From NCBI GenBank assembly GCA_001724265.1, contig MEDY01000014.1:62001-126000 (forward strand): a stretch of 64,000 nt of DNA, in the 5' to 3' direction. This document shows, piece by piece, positions 1 to 13,800 of this stretch (its first letter is position 1; every line of letters begins with the position of its first letter). Below the pieces are notes generated by a model that saw only the letters and a program-made list of their open reading frames with translations, did no database searches and was not told where the DNA came from. The position numbers were made by a program, and so were the translations under genes. This DNA is from Rhizaria sp. SCN 62-66 (Eukaryota).

Positions 1-3000
1 GACTGCGCCTTCATCGCATCGCGGAACCACGCGGCCTCGCTACGGAGACCTGAGCTCGCGCCGTCTGTATTGTCGCCGTGCAGTTGCGCGTTGTTGGTGT
101 GCGACGCGAGTGAGGCCGCGACACTGCGCAGCCGCCGCAGGCCGCCAGCCGCAGCAGCCTGCGCTTCGGCCTCCGCGAGCGCGGCCGCGGCTGCAGCGGC
201 GACGGCGCGAACACGGGCTTCCGCCTCGGCCTCCGCGGCCGCCACCGCCACGCTCCGTCGGCTCGCGCGGCGGCCGCCGGGGACCGTCGCGCTGCCCAGC
301 AGCTTGGCGGCCGCGGCGGCCGAGGCAGACAGCGTGCGCGCGGAGGCGGGGCCGCCGGGTGTGCGGCGGCGGGCCGCGGTGCTGCTGAGGCCGGAGACGA
401 GATCGCCCTCGTGACTCTCGGCGTCGCTGTCGTAGACAGGAACGGCTGTGCCCAGCTCAACAGTGACGTTCGCGCCATCAGCGTCGACGTCGTCGGAGTC
501 GCCGTCGTGACTATCAGCGTCCCGCTTGCTAACGCCGCGCTTGCTACCCTGCACTAAAGTGGCAGTAGTGTTTGCGGCAGAGCCGGTCGACTGACGGCCC
601 CTGCCGCGGCCCACCGGCATCGCCGCAGACGCAGCCTCGCTCGCAACAGCGGCGGGGCTGGGCCCGCTGGCACTGGCGCGGGCCCGGCGACGCACTGCGG
701 GGATAGACTTGTTGTTGCGATCGCTAATAACCGCAACGTCGCTGTCGCTGCTTTCGCGGTGCTCGTGGTCGCGCTTCGAAGCAGCTGCAGTGCCCCGACG
801 TGTCGCAGCGCCAGTCGCCGTCGCAGTCGCCGTCGCCGCCGCCACAGATGCAGGCGTGGGGGTGGGGGAGCGCGGGCGGCGCGCGCGGGACGTGGTGGCT
901 GGCACGGCCGCGCGCGATTTCACACCCGCGCCGGTGCTGGTGCGGCGCGCTGCCGTGTCCGCCACGGGAGCCCGTAACTGACCGTGGGCGGCAGCGGCGG
1001 GAACGCGTGCCGCAGGTGCCGGGGTGTCCATCATGGGAATCGACTGGCCCCGCATAAGCGTGTTGACGCCGAGTGAGCTCGAGCCGTGCGCGCCGTGGCT
1101 GCCGCTATAGTGGTCATAGTCGCGGTCATTGTCGACGTCGTCGCCGTCGTCGACGTCGCCTTCGTTAACAGTGGTAGCCGGCGTGCTGTTGTTGTTGTTG
1201 TTGTTGTTGTGGCCAGCGCTGACTGCACTTGGAGCAGCGAGCGTAGTGGCGCTAGAGCTAATGCGCTTGCGCCCACGTGCAGCAGCCGCAGTCCCCTTGT
1301 TAGCGCCGCCCGCGGTCTTGGCGGTCGTCGCGGCAACGTACGGGGTCGCTGTCATCGCCGCGCCGCCGCCGGAGTGGCCGTGAGCCGCCGAGTGACCGTG
1401 AGCAGCGGCGACAGAGAGGTGGTCCCCGTCGCCATGTAAGTACCCGCCGTCGCTGTGTGCGCCGTTCCCCATCGCCGGCGTGGCCGCAGTGACTGTGAGC
1501 ACGGGCGCGCGCCCCGGTGTCGCGACACCAGCACTGTCGCTGCCGCTATTAGCGCTGACGTTTGTGGCGGTTGTGGTGCGACGGCGGCGGCGTGCAAGGC
1601 CGAGACCGAGCTTTGTCTTGCTCACTGTCATCACGGCCTCAGACTCCGCCTCATCAGCCGCCGCCGCAGCAGCAGCAGTGCTGGACTCGTCGACGCCAGC
1701 GCCACCTCGACTCGCGCGCTGGGGATTGCTCCCAGTCGCGCCCGCGGACGGTGGCCGAGCCACCACGGCGGCGGCCGCTGCAGCGGTAACGGCGGCGGCG
1801 GACGCGGCGGCAGCGGCCGAGAACGATGACGGCAGCGCAAAGAGCGGGTTCGGCGTCGAAGCCAGCCCCGCGCCGCCAGCGCCCGGGGTCGCGCCGCCGA
1901 TGCTGCTCCTCGCGCCGCCCCTGTCCGCAGTCGCCGCGGCACCACTACCACTGCCACTGCCGGCCCCTGCGTTGGCGCCGTTGTTGTTGGCGAGGCTGAC
2001 GCGCGAGCCGCGGCGGCGGCGCAGGTATGCGCGCGTGGCCGGCGTCACAAACAGCGCCGTGCCAGTCCCCGCCCCCGCCTCGCCCATAGTAGCGTGCGCA
2101 GCGCCAGAGCTCGCGGTGAAGGCGAAGCCGGCCTCGAACGCGGCTGCGGCTTCCGCAGCGGCCTGGGTGCCAAAGGCGGGGATCGATAGCGGCGGCGCGG
2201 GGAAAGAGTAGCTCATCTTGCCATCGCTAGCGCTCGCATTTGCGTTGCTGTTCGCTTTGCTATTGTTGGCAGCGGCGGGGGCGGAAGGGCGGCGCGCGAG
2301 CAGAGTGGGGCGCGGCGAGGCGAAAAACGCTGCTGAGGGACGCGACTTCATGGCGCGGCCAGCGTCAAGCTCAACATCGGCATCATCGTCAACGTTGCCA
2401 ACGACACTGCTGCGCCTGGCGTTGTTGGTGGTGGTTTTGCCGACTTTGCGGTCGCCGTCATACCCCTCGTAGTCGTCGCGGTCATGGTCGTGGTCATCGC
2501 CGGCGCCGCGCACACTGCGGCTGCTCACGCCACTGCTGCCCGTCGCCGCAAACGCACTCGCCGAGCTGCTGCTGCTGGCGTTGTAGCCCCCAACCGCGGT
2601 CGAGTATCGCTGGCTGTGACTGGTGTTGAGGTTGTTGTTGATGATATGATTGAAGCGCGGCCGCACCGATGTCGCGTACGGAGATGCGAGCCCAAACACG
2701 GCGGGCACCGCAGAGCCGCTCGCGCTCGCGGGCTGAACGCCGTTGGCTGCAGTCGCCGTTGCAGCCGCGGTTGAGGATGAGGACGCGGAGACGAGAGGAG
2801 CGCGAGAGAAGGCGGTCGGGGGACGCGATGGGCCTGTACAGCGAGTCAAATGCAAAAAAGTAAACACAAAAGAAGATATGCGGATGAGTGCGTTAATGCA
2901 AACACGACAAGCCAATGCAACATCTAGTTATGCACACAAATGCGGATGTTTCAACAATCTGCGACGTACCGTGGAATGAGGGAATGGTCCTCACAGGAGA

Positions 3001-3648
3001 GTAGGGCGCCTCAGTATCGCCCCCCGCAGCCGCGCCCACTGCAGTGCCGGGTGACGAGAAGGTCGGCGAGAGAGATAGCCGCGCACGGGTCGTGGGCACC
3101 GCGAAAAAGAGGTCCGACGCCTTGACTCCGGCGCCGACAGCGCCGGTGATGAAGCTGGGAGAGCTGGAGCTCGCTGCGTCGTAGCCGTTGCCGTCGCCCC
3201 CGATGCTGCCACTGGCGGTGCCGGAACCGCTGCGCATGGCCGCGGGGGGAGACACGGGAAAAAAAAGTGCCGGGCGCGGCGGATTGTCTGCAGCGGCGTC
3301 GGCTGCGCCTGAGGCGGTGCGCGAGGCCGCGGGAGCGACGAGAACTGAGCCGACTCGGGACACTGGAGCAGGACGCGGAACAGACGCCGTGTCCGCAACT
3401 GCCTCGGCTGCAGGACTACCGATAAGACCCCAGCGGGACGTCTTGGCACGGGACAGAGCTGGCCGGGGGATATCAGCAAGTGCAACGTCTGGCGCGGGCC
3501 CCAGCGCAGCGGCGGAGCTGTTGGCAGGATCCGTTGAACCGTTGGAATTGTCACTTTGTGCGGGGACGCCTCCGGAGGCATTATTCTGATTGCGACGCGA
3601 GTCTGGCGTCCACCCAGTAAAATTCATAATCGAAGAAATCCAAGACAT
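1..3648 (-). CDS. Large low-complexity S/T/A/P/R-rich hypothetical protein, 3' end runs off the window (exons 3648-2970 and 2833-<1)
   Basis: ATG at 3648 (MSWISSIMNF...). A GTACGT...TACAG intron at 2969-2834 joins to a frame that stays open to base 1 (...SEAAWFRDAMKAQ). The ORF track omits it because it has no stop. No recognisable domain. Confidence 0.75.
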
Positions 3649-4104
3649 AGCGGTTACCACTATTCAATGAGTATTCTCAGACAAAATCAAACTCTCCAAA
3701 CCCCCTTTCGACACCCCCCCCGCAGCGACCACAAACCGATCGCATGTCGCCCCGCAGTCGCAGCTCGACGGGATGCCTTTCTTACACACTCTTTATCCAC
3801 ATGTTCAGTCGTTCAACAGAACATCTACTATGATAATTACACATAACCACACATGCTCTTTCTTGTCTGTCTTTTATATCGCGAAAGCCGTTAATTGATG
3901 CTATCTATGGGCCTTGATCTACACTCGCGTTCGATTGCCATTCGAGAAGCAACTTCTCCTTAAGAAAATTCTGCCTTTGATTGCCACAACATCGACATAT
4001 AAGCACACCACTTTGCATCAACATGGAAACTTGTCACTAAATCACTATATTTCCACTTCATATTCACTGCTCATGGTTTGTGCCTTAAACGCGCGTGTCC
4101 AGCG

Positions 4105-6801
4105 ATGGACAGCTGGGACGATGTGTACGAACCGGCCGCGCCCGCGGGCGCCGCGGACGATTGGTCCGACGCCGACTCGAACGACTCCTTCTCCGCGCCC
4201 CTGCCCGCCGCGGACCCCGACGCCGCGTACGACGCCGTGCTCTCGCCGCCCTCGTCCTCGGCCGCCGCGGCGCCATCGCTCTCGCACGCGCTGTCGGCTG
4301 CGCCGCCCATGCTGGCGCACGCTGCCTCCCTCGCGCTCGCCGCGCCCGCTGTCTCGCGCGTGCTCCGCCCCGCTGAGGTGGACGCGCTTCGCGCCGCGCA
4401 GGAGGCCGAGGTTGCGCGCCGCGGCGGCGTGTCGGTGGACGCGGCATCCGCTCTCTTGCGCGACCGCAAGTGGAACGTCGAGTCTGTCATCGGTTCGCTG
4501 CTCGACAGCCGCGAAGACACGTTCAAGGCGTCGCGCATCGAGAGCTGGGCCGGCAAGGAGTACAACCCTGCCGAGTACTCCGACCTGCTTGCCGGCACCA
4601 GCAACAGCAACGACGCCACCAAGGCCGAGAGCTCAGACTGCGCTAGTGCCAGGGCTGAGACAGTTGGGTGCCAGGTTTGCCTGGAGGACGTGCCCGCCGC
4701 GCTGCTGTTGCGCGCGACGTGCGGCCACGCCTTCTGCCTGCCCTGCTGGCTGCAGTACATCTTTTCGCAGCTTTCCCGCGCGCGCAACGCGGCCCGGCTC
4801 CCGTGCCTGGCGCACAAGTGCGGCGCCATCGTCGGCGACCGGCTGATCCGCGCCGCCGCCGCCGCGGCCAGCGAGGCGCAGCGCAGGGGCCTGCTGCCCG
4901 CGGAGCTCGTGCTGGCCGAGCCCGCGACTGAGGCCATGGTTGAGCAGGCTGAGACGCTCGTCCGCATGCTCGCCACGCAAAACAACAACATCAGCAGCAA
5001 TGCAGCAGTCGCGAACGGCAGCAGCAATGCGAGCACCACAAACGGGACGGTGGCCGGCCCCGCGCCCGCGCCCGCCGGCCCCGCGCGCGCGCCTGCCACG
5101 CCCGCCACCAGCAGCAACAGCAACAGCAACGGTGCGGCTTCTGCGTCGACTGGCGCCTCCACAGCGCCATCCACTGTGCCTGCGACAGCGAGTGTGGACG
5201 TCGCGATCCTGGGCCGGTGGGACTTGCTGGAGCCGTCTCTGGCGGCCATCGTGCGCCGGTCCGCGGTCGAGGACTCGCGGCGTCTGCAGTGGTGTCCCGC
5301 GCCGCACTGTGCGCTGGCGGTGCAGCCCGCGCCCGGCGCCACAGGCTTCACCTGCGCGTGTGGCCACCAGTACTGCCTCGCGTGCGGGCACGGCGAGGAC
5401 CATGCGCCCGCCAGCTGCGACGCCGTGGCCGCGTGGACGCTGCTCACGGCCAAGGAGGGCGAGAGCACGAGCTGGATGGTCCACAACACAAAGGTCTGTC
5501 CGCTCTGCCGCGTCCGCATCGAAAAGAACTCAGGTACGTTCCTTTATCGGCTTATAATTATCGCGTATATCTCGATGATAACTTGTTTGAATAAGAAAAT
5601 AGCACGTGGAAGCGTTTTTCTTTCATTTATTTTAAAACTACTTTTTTTTCTCAGTTCTTCTTTGAATTCTCTCACAACTGCTTTTGTGTCTATTGTTGTA
5701 TTTTCTTGTTTCTTGGTTTAGGCTGCAACCACATGACGTGCACGTCGTGCCGGTACGAGTTCTGCTGGATCTGCCTCGGGTCCTGGCAGTCACACTGCCG
5801 CTCGGCCGCGAACCCGACTGCGGCGTACCGCTGCAACAAGTTCCGCGAAGGCAGCGCCGCTGAGGAGGCGCTGAGCTCGGGCGACACCTCAAAGATCCCC
5901 GTCATCGACGCACAGGACCGTACGTCTTTCACACTATATAGCTTATGTCTCTGCACTATTCAGGCTGCCACATGAAAATATACGCTTTTGGATATATGTA
6001 ATAGTAAATCATGTTTTAAAAAAATTATTTATTTCATCAACCATTATTAATATCTATTTATATCCTCGTTTGCTTTTCATCTACAGGTCCGGCGAACATG
6101 GTCGAGCCGTCCCAGGCGCAGCACCGCGAGCGCCAGCAGCAGCTGCGCCTGGCCTTCTACTTCATGCGCTATCACAACCACGCCCAGGGCCAGCTCTTCG
6201 CCGCCGCGGCGGGCGGCGCGGCGCTGGAGGAGCGCATGATCGCGGTGCAGACGCGCACGCGCGCGCCCGCGTCGCCGCTCGAGGCGCAATGGCTAGCCGA
6301 CGGCGTGCGCGCGCTCGTCCTCGCGCAAAGGGTGCTGAAGCACTCGTACGTTGTTGGGTTTTACCAAGCTGAGGGCCCCGCGAAAGACCTGTTCGAGTTT
6401 TCGCAGCAGGCGCTCGCAGAGGTCACCGAGAAGCTTGCAATGTACGTCATTGCAGTATCTATGAGTTCGCTCAATTTCACGATGCTACAAAACATGATCA
6501 ACATGCAGATCTGAATATGAAACTGTTTTATGAAATGCAATCATGTCTATTTTACGTATGCGTCTTGTTTTAATCTGAATCACTATCTCACGACTTTCTA
6601 TTCAATGTTGCGATTGTTGTGCTTCCCCACAGGCTTGTCGAGGAGACTGTGCTGACGCGCATCAACCCGAGCGAGATCCGCCAGGCCTCCGTTCAAGTCA
6701 ACGAGCGCGCCGCAGCGCTGATCCGCGATATCTCCACCGTCTTCACCACAAATAAGACGGGCAAAGCGGCCGCCGATGCTGCCGCGGGTCAGACTGTGTG
6801 A
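4105..6801 (+). CDS. ARI: Ariadne-family RBR E3 ubiquitin ligase (exons 4105-5533, 5722-5919, 6087-6441, 6633-6801)
   Basis: Acidic N-terminus, UBA-like 'ALLRDRKWNVE', RING1 CQVC...CGHAFCLPCW...CLAHKC, IBR WCPAPHC...CACGHQYCLAC...HAPASC, RING2 CPLC...KNSGCNHMTC..C...FCWIC restored across intron 1, and Ariadne domain 'RVLKHSYVVGFY'. Three GTACGT-AG introns keep the frame. Confidence 0.93.
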
Positions 6802-8158
6802 GCTGAGGCATGAGACCCTGTCACCTTTGACCGCTTGCGACTGAATACGTGTCTCACTCGCGACGAGTGACTGTAGCTGCGGCTATACAGTGATGCGAGT
6901 GGCATTATTTGACGATTTTTGATTCAGGAGTACCTAGGACTGTTTGAAAGGGCCGAAATACACCATCACATTGAACTGTTTTCAATTCATCCTGGTCCGG
7001 CTCATAGAAGCTACAAGCAGCGAAATACGTCCGTACACATGTTTGGATAAAGAGAGATATGATAATACTTATGTCTATTGTGAGAATATGATATACAACA
7101 CGACACTGCTATCTTCGTCTTGCGCAGAGCAATTGAGTACATAACTGCAGTATCATTCGAGACTGTGTTTGTGACCGCGACACATCTTGCGATTGCGACT
7201 GAGAGAGGGGTGCAGGCACAGTACAGCGAGCGTAATATGTGACACGAAAGCAACGATAGTTAACAGCGTGTGACTCTTATTCTTTGTTACTGTTAAAACG
7301 ACAAGACTTGTGAAAAGGATGATGACATGAGCGAGAAGCGACTACAGTTAATATCAAAACTAAGACCACTGTAATAAAATAAAACCACAGAGAACAAAGA
7401 AATAATGAAAACAACAACATCATTAACAACGCTTTAGAACCACAAGACATCTTTTGCGCGGTCACAACTGCTCCCCAACTCGACTCATCTTGAATGTCTC
7501 GAGTGTGAAAGCATCGTAGAGTGGGCTGGTGTCCCGTCGATAGAATGATGTTGTTCTGATGATGATAATGTCGACTGAGGCGGGGGCAGAGGCGCTGCAC
7601 GCATCGAAATAACGCGTTTGAAAGAGGTCGCATAGCCAGTTCAGCACACAGTCCTTGTGATCACAAAGCTTAGACACAATTTGCGAAAATAGATTTGTAC
7701 TTCAGATAGCACATCACATATCAGCATTATAGAGTGAACTAACAAGTCCACGACAACAAGAAGAGTCAGAGACGAGATACGAGAGACGAACAAAATATGA
7801 CAACAAAATGTACAAGACAAGAAAACAAAGAAAAAAGAAAAGCAAACGTAAACACCACAGGCTAATATACTGCGTCTGATCACTCACACACACGGATGAT
7901 AGCGGTGATAGTGAGTGTACGTTGTTTCAGTCAACATACACACACACACTCTCACAAAGCACAGCTATTGAGACAACGGATGGTGAAATCACACCTTCCT
8001 CCTTCATTCATAGGCTACACCACGTGAACCACGTACAAACATACAGAGTCAACAGCTTCACGTGCTCAGCTTAAGCTTACGTCTTATGACGTTCTACGCT
8101 CAGTGCTTTGCACTTCACTCTTTGGCGATTAATATCTCAGTGCTTGAGAGCTTCGCGT

Positions 8159-9877
8159 TTAATGAGAGTCGATCTTGACTGTGGGGGAAGCGAAGCCCGT
8201 GAGGTCCTCCTCCTCCTCGCCCTCCTTGGCGGCGGGCTTGACGGCGGCGGCCTCGGGGCGCACGCGCAGCCCCAGCACGGGCGACGTGGGCAGCGAGTCG
8301 GTGCTGAATGTGCGCGAGAAGCGCCTCTGCAGCATCGCCGTCGGCGGCGACGGGCACGGGTGCCGCTCAGACTCGCGGTCCGCGACGCGCGCCTTCTCGA
8401 AGGCCGAGAGCGCGTCCTTGATGCCCTCGGCACCCGAAGAGAGGACGCCCAGCGGGATCTTGTTGTTGGGGGCGAGCTGCTTGAGCTGCACGATGGCCTC
8501 AGACTGCTCGCGCAGCACCTTGTACAGGCGGACGAGCTTGGTGACGGCCATAACCTTCTTCTTGAGCAGGTTGCCGCGCTGCTCGAGCGGCTTCGCGCGG
8601 CGGTCCTCCTCGGTGTCGGCCGCGGCGTCGAACTCAAGCACGGAGGCCAGCATGTCGGTCACCTTCTCGGCCACGAATGGCAGCGACCACTGGAAGACGT
8701 CCATGAAGTTGGGCAGGAAGTACGGGTGCTGCGTCTCGACGAACTGCTTGATGTTGAGGATGTTCGGGTGGTCGAACTTGAGGCACGCGGCCTTGTTTTT
8801 GTATACGTCACAGTAGTTCGGCGCGGAGAAGATCGTGATCACGCGCGGGATGCCCGTCTCCTTGTTGACCATGTGCATCTTGTACCCGTCCACCTGCGCC
8901 TCGTGGGCACGGATGATGCTCGTGACCTTGTTGTCGTCCAGGAACTGCCGCACGGCGTCCGCGCCGTAGACATACGAACACTGCCGCGTCTCGTTGTAGA
9001 CGAACCACGTCGCGGCCGACGCCGAGGTGTTGAGCGTCACGGCGTGGCGGTCGCCGGCGACGGCGTCGGCGTCGGACATGGCCGAGTGACCGCCCTCGCC
9101 GTCCTCGTCAAACGGATCAGACCACAGCAAGTCGCACATGGGACCCTCGCGCGGCGTCTCCTGGTGGCGGTCCAACGCGGAGATGTCAGACAGTGTCGCG
9201 ATTTCGGGAGACAGGCCGCCGTGGACGCAGAAGAAGGACTTGTTGACCATCGCGCCGATGGGCAGGTGGTCGAACGAGTCCATGATAAGGTCGTACATCT
9301 CCACCGAGTACTTGTACTGGCACTCGTCCTTAAAGTTGAAGAAGGACGTCAGTTGCCGGCACTCGTGGTTGCCGCGGAGCATGAAAAACGTCTTGGGGTA
9401 GAAGATCTTGTGCGCGTAGAGATAGAAGACGACTTCACAAGAGAAGCAGCCGCGGTCGACGTAGTCGCCCAGGAACAGGTACTGCGTGTCCTTGGGGTCG
9501 CCGCCGACGTCGAAGAGGCGGATGAGGTCGTAGTACTGGCCGTGGATATCACCGCAGACGGTGATGGGGTAGCGCAGGTCGAGCAGGTTGGGCTCGGCGC
9601 GGAACAGCGCGGAGGCCTCGGCGATGATGCGCTTGGCGCACGCGGCGTCAAGCCGGCCCTCCTTGAGGAAGTGCTCCTTGAGGCGGTCCAGGCGCGGCTT
9701 GCCAGTCTTAGCGTCAAACACGTGCTCGATGCCGAGCGGCACGATGGGCATGGCGGGGACCGAGGTCACGACGCGGTCCTGCGGGGGCTGCGTGGGCATC
9801 GGCGCCACATTCGTGTGAAACGCCGGGCTCGCCGCTGTCAGCGGCTGCTGGGAAGACGACGCAGGGGGAGCGGGCAT
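8159..9877 (-). CDS. CNA: Calcineurin (PP2B) catalytic subunit A
   Basis: PPP motifs GDIHG, GDYVDRG, RGNHE and SAPNYC; CnB-binding helix FMDVFQWSLPFVAEKVTDML; CaM-binding KKKVMAVTKLVRLYKVLRE; autoinhibitory-like FEKARVADRESERHP. ATG at 9877. Confidence 0.96.
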   Translation of the reverse strand: MPAPPASSSQQPLTAASPAFHTNVAPMPTQPPQDRVVTSVPAMPIVPLGIEHVFDAKTGKPRLDRLKEHFLKEGRLDAACAKRIIAEASALFRAEPNLLDLRYPITVCGDIHGQYYDLIRLFDVGGDPKDTQYLFLGDYVDRGCFSCEVVFYLYAHKIFYPKTFFMLRGNHECRQLTSFFNFKDECQYKYSVEMYDLIMDSFDHLPIGAMVNKSFFCVHGGLSPEIATLSDISALDRHQETPREGPMCDLLWSDPFDEDGEGGHSAMSDADAVAGDRHAVTLNTSASAATWFVYNETRQCSYVYGADAVRQFLDDNKVTSIIRAHEAQVDGYKMHMVNKETGIPRVITIFSAPNYCDVYKNKAACLKFDHPNILNIKQFVETQHPYFLPNFMDVFQWSLPFVAEKVTDMLASVLEFDAAADTEEDRRAKPLEQRGNLLKKKVMAVTKLVRLYKVLREQSEAIVQLKQLAPNNKIPLGVLSSGAEGIKDALSAFEKARVADRESERHPCPSPPTAMLQRRFSRTFSTDSLPTSPVLGLRVRPEAAAVKPAAKEGEEEEDLTGFASPTVKIDSH

Positions 9878-10829
9878 CGTGTGGCTGTGTTGCGTGGGGC
9901 GCTGGGAGCGTGCAGGTGCGAGTGCGAGTGCCAGCAAAGTGAACCAGAGTGGACTGCGGAGAGAGGGCTCAGGGCGAGGTAAGCAAGCGTGCTGCGAGGA
10001 AAAGGCTCAGTGGCAGACGCGGGGTAAGAAAAGCGGTGATCCGGGCAAGGACGCGAACGACGAACAGAGACGACGGGCGCGAGCGCGGACGGGCTGAACG
10101 GAAGGTGGGGGAAAGAACGGACTAGGTGATGCGAGAGCGGGGGAGAAAAAGGTGTAGACGAGGGGCGTGAGCCAAAAGTAGATTTGTGCAGTTGTTATCG
10201 AAGGAAAAATACATGTTGTTTCCAATGGCGTTGTTTTTTTGCTTCCAAGTGGTGCCCTCTAAGGCGCAATGATCTCGTTTAGGGTGGCCATCCTGTGGGA
10301 GATAAGCGAGCGAGCAAGCCACGTAACACCACGCGCCAGCAGTCCCAGACAGCATATGTCAGAAATAGAACAAGTAGAACAGCTAGAACAGGTCATGGAA
10401 AAAAACATATTTGTGTTAAAGAGCAAATGCTCGGACGTTCAAGGTGGTAGAGAAAGATTTAAGGAGGACAAATCTGTCTTGTGCGAACGAAGTCAAGCCG
10501 CAAAACAGCGATTTTTTCGACCCAGCCGTCGGCTGACCGCCGCCACCACAGAACAAACCACAACCATTCTGCGTCCGTGTGGCGACTCCGCAAATACGTT
10601 GGTTCTCTGGCATTTCTTCGTTGATATGTATGACGACGAAACAAATTGGTGTATCCGTTCACGTTTAATGTTGATATGAAAATGTAATGCCATTTGTCTG
10701 CATTATTCCCCGTCTGTTATCGTTCTAAAGCTCACCCACTTCCGCTGTCTTATCGCGAACGTTGCTTCTCTTCGCGCCTCCGCCCTTTCGCACGCCGCTC
10801 CACTTGTGCTACTCACAGAGTCCAGCAAC

Positions 10830-13800
10830 ATGGATCTGTTCTGGAGGCTCGCTGAGGAGGACGTGTCTGTCCGTCAGCAGGCAGTCCTCGACCTCATCCA
10901 GCAGGTGCAGGCGCACCACTCGGCCGGCACCAGCAAGTCCAAGACCGCCGCGCCCACAGTCACCATCAAGCCCGACACGACCGCGGCGGACCTTGCGGCG
11001 ACGGAGCTGCCGTCGCGCGAGGTTGCCGTTGACTACGTGCTGCGCCGTCTCATCCGCGGTCTGGCCTCCGACCGCCTCGCCGCGCGCCAGGGTTTCGCCA
11101 CGGCGCTGACCCAGCTGCTGCTCACGATGTCCAAGGAGATCCCCACCGACTTCGTGCTCACCGTTGCGCGCTCCCGCATGGAGCACGTCAACGAGATGGG
11201 CCCCTCCGAGAAGCGCGACTACATGGTCGGTGAGGTGTTTTTCCTCCTTGTGCTCGCGCGCTCCGGCCGCATCACTGAGGTCCCCATCCAGATCCTCGCG
11301 AGCATCGTCGTCGCCTTCGGCAAGCTGGGCGGCAACGCCCGCATGAAGACGATGTGCACCGAGGCGCTGGTTGTCATCCTCCCCACGCTCACGCGCGAGC
11401 AGCTTGTGCGCGCGTTCCTGCCTGTCGCGGTCGAGGCGCTCCCCGCCGACTCCAAGGACCTAACCGCCGACGACGTCATCCTCTGCCTCGCACTGCGCCG
11501 CGCCGCCGACGAGCACGGCCTCTTCTCGGCCGCGACCGTGGCGCAGTTGATCAAGTCCGACGCCGCCACGATTGCCACGCTGCCCGCCTACGTGCGCGCG
11601 ATTGCTAAGTCGGCCCACTTCCCGCGCCTCGTCCCCGCGCTCAACACCACCATCAAGGCCTTCCCCATCGCGCTGCACTCGGTCTGGGACGTGCTCATCG
11701 CCGACCTCCTTGCGCGCGGGGACGTCGACGTTACCGACGCCGCCGTGCGCGCCGCGCCCGCCTCCAACTCGACCTCGCTCGCGCTCTTCGTCCGCTCCGT
11801 CATCGTCGACGGCTTTATCGAGGGCCACGTCGGCAAGCGCCGCGGCATCGCGCTCTCGGTCACGGCGCGCCTCATCCGCGCCGTCGTTGCCAAGGCCTCC
11901 GAGGCGCTCGACGCCGCCGGTGTGACGGACACGGCGGGCGTCGCGTCGTGGCTTGCGGCCACCGTGGCGGCTGTAATGCCGCCGCCCGTGGTCGCGTGTC
12001 TGTTCGAGACCATGCGCACGCTTAACGCGGCCCGCAGCAACGCGCGCATGGAGAAGCGCAAGAACGCGCAGCGCGCCGAGGCGCAGCAGCGCAAGGAGCG
12101 CGCGCTCGCTGCCGCGCAGGCCGCCAAGGAAGGCAAGCCTCTCCCCAAGGACGATAAGAAAAAGCCCGCCGCCGGCAACAACAAGAAGGGCGGCGCCAAG
12201 ACCGCTGCCGGCGACGACGACGAGGAGGAGCAGATCGAGGACGCGACGGGCGCGTACGAGGCCTCTGCGCTGGTCGAGGAGGCCATGATTGACGCCTGTG
12301 ACGCCGCGCCCGCGCTCTCGGCCACGCTGATCCGGCTGCTGACCGACCCCGCGGCCGGCGGCAACCGGCTGTGGGACTCCCGCTGCGGCTGCGGCACAGT
12401 GTCGTCGCTCAAGGCGGCGCTGTCGGCTGAGGCGGCGGGGGAGCTGTTCGCGCAGCTGGTGCGCACCTTCAGCGACGCCGAGCAGAGCGCGCGCGCCGAG
12501 GTCCGCGCCGCCGCCGTCGCCGCGCTTGAGTACGAGCAGTACGCGGCCGAGAACGCCGCGCGCGCGCGCGAGCCCGCCAACGCCGCCAAGGCTAAGGCCG
12601 ATGCCGCGGAGGACGACGACGAGGCCGCCACCCCGGGCGCGGGCGCCGTGGCCCTGGCCAAGCGCGCCGCCGCCAAGGCTAAGGCCATCGCGGACCTGAT
12701 GGGCGACGGCGGCGACGGCGACGACGGCGCGAGCGGCTCGATCCGCCGCCTTGCCGGCAGCATCGGCGACCTGGACGCGTTCCTGCAGTCGCCCGCGGCC
12801 GTGCGCGCGGTCGCCGACGTGGCCGACGCCACGCGCCAGTGGGCGCTTGACACGGTGCTCGAGGTCGTCCGCGCGCGCGGCAAGCACCGCCGCGGCGAGG
12901 CCGCCAGCACCACGGCCGACAAGGCGCGCGCCGCGCTGCACCTTCTCTTCCGCGCGGGCTTCTTCACCGCGCCCGAGGCCGCCGCCGCCGCCGAGGCCGA
13001 GGCTGCTCCGGAGCAGCAGGGCAAGCGGTCCAAGTCGGCCAAGTCCTCCGCCGCCGGCGCCGTGGCGTCACGCGCGGCCGAGTTCCTGACGGCCAACGCG
13101 ATTCCTGCGCTGAGCGAGAAGGTGCGCCGCATGTGCGTGGTGCGCTTCATCTCGGTGCTGCAGGAGCTGCTGCAGCAGACGGACGCAGAGGCGCAGCAGA
13201 AGAAGCGCCGCACCGCCGTCCGCGCGCGCAAGGCCGCCAAGAAGGCCGCGGGCGACGACGCCGACGACAGCGCCGACGACGAGGACGAGGACGAGGACGA
13301 GGACGCCGAGGAGGACGACGACGCCGATGACGATGATGAGAACGAGGAGGCCAGCGGGCTCGGCGCCGCCGTGTGGTGTGGCGACGTGCTCGCCTACTGG
13401 CAGGATCTCGAGGCGCACGGCTACACTCTCACCGAGGAGCTCAGCGAGGGCGCGCTCATGGCGCGCGCCGCCGCCGCCGAAGCCATGACGGCGCTGCGCA
13501 AGTGCATCGCGTCCACCGCGGCCGCCGTGGCCGCGGCCTCGACCAAGGGCGTGGCGGGCAGCGACGCCGAGCAGGCCGCGCGCCGCGCCCTCATCGCGCG
13601 CGCGCGCGGTCTGCTGCTGCTCACGGCGCACTGCGCAGCGCTGCAGCTGACTGAGGTCGAGGATTTCTCTCCTGTGCTGCTGGATCTGAGCCAGGCCGTG
13701 AAGCGCGCGCTCGCGGGCAGCAAGGATAAGACCGCCGCCAAGGCCGCCAAGGCGAAGAAGGCCACCGCCGCAGCGAAGGGCAAGAAGGGCAAGAAGGCTG

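Noticed and set aside
7277-7883. Short minus-strand ORFs between Ariadne and calcineurin
   Set aside because: AT-rich, lacking the coding codon bias, recognisable motifs and clear splice partners. More likely 3'UTR or intergenic.
8108-9982. Long antisense/alternate-frame ORFs (e.g. 8108..9982+, 18126..19637-, 29258..31294-, 49973..52402-, 53980..56217+, 54891..57920+)
   Set aside because: They are shadows of real genes caused by high GC3 codon bias. They have no motifs and mirror the sense-strand codons.
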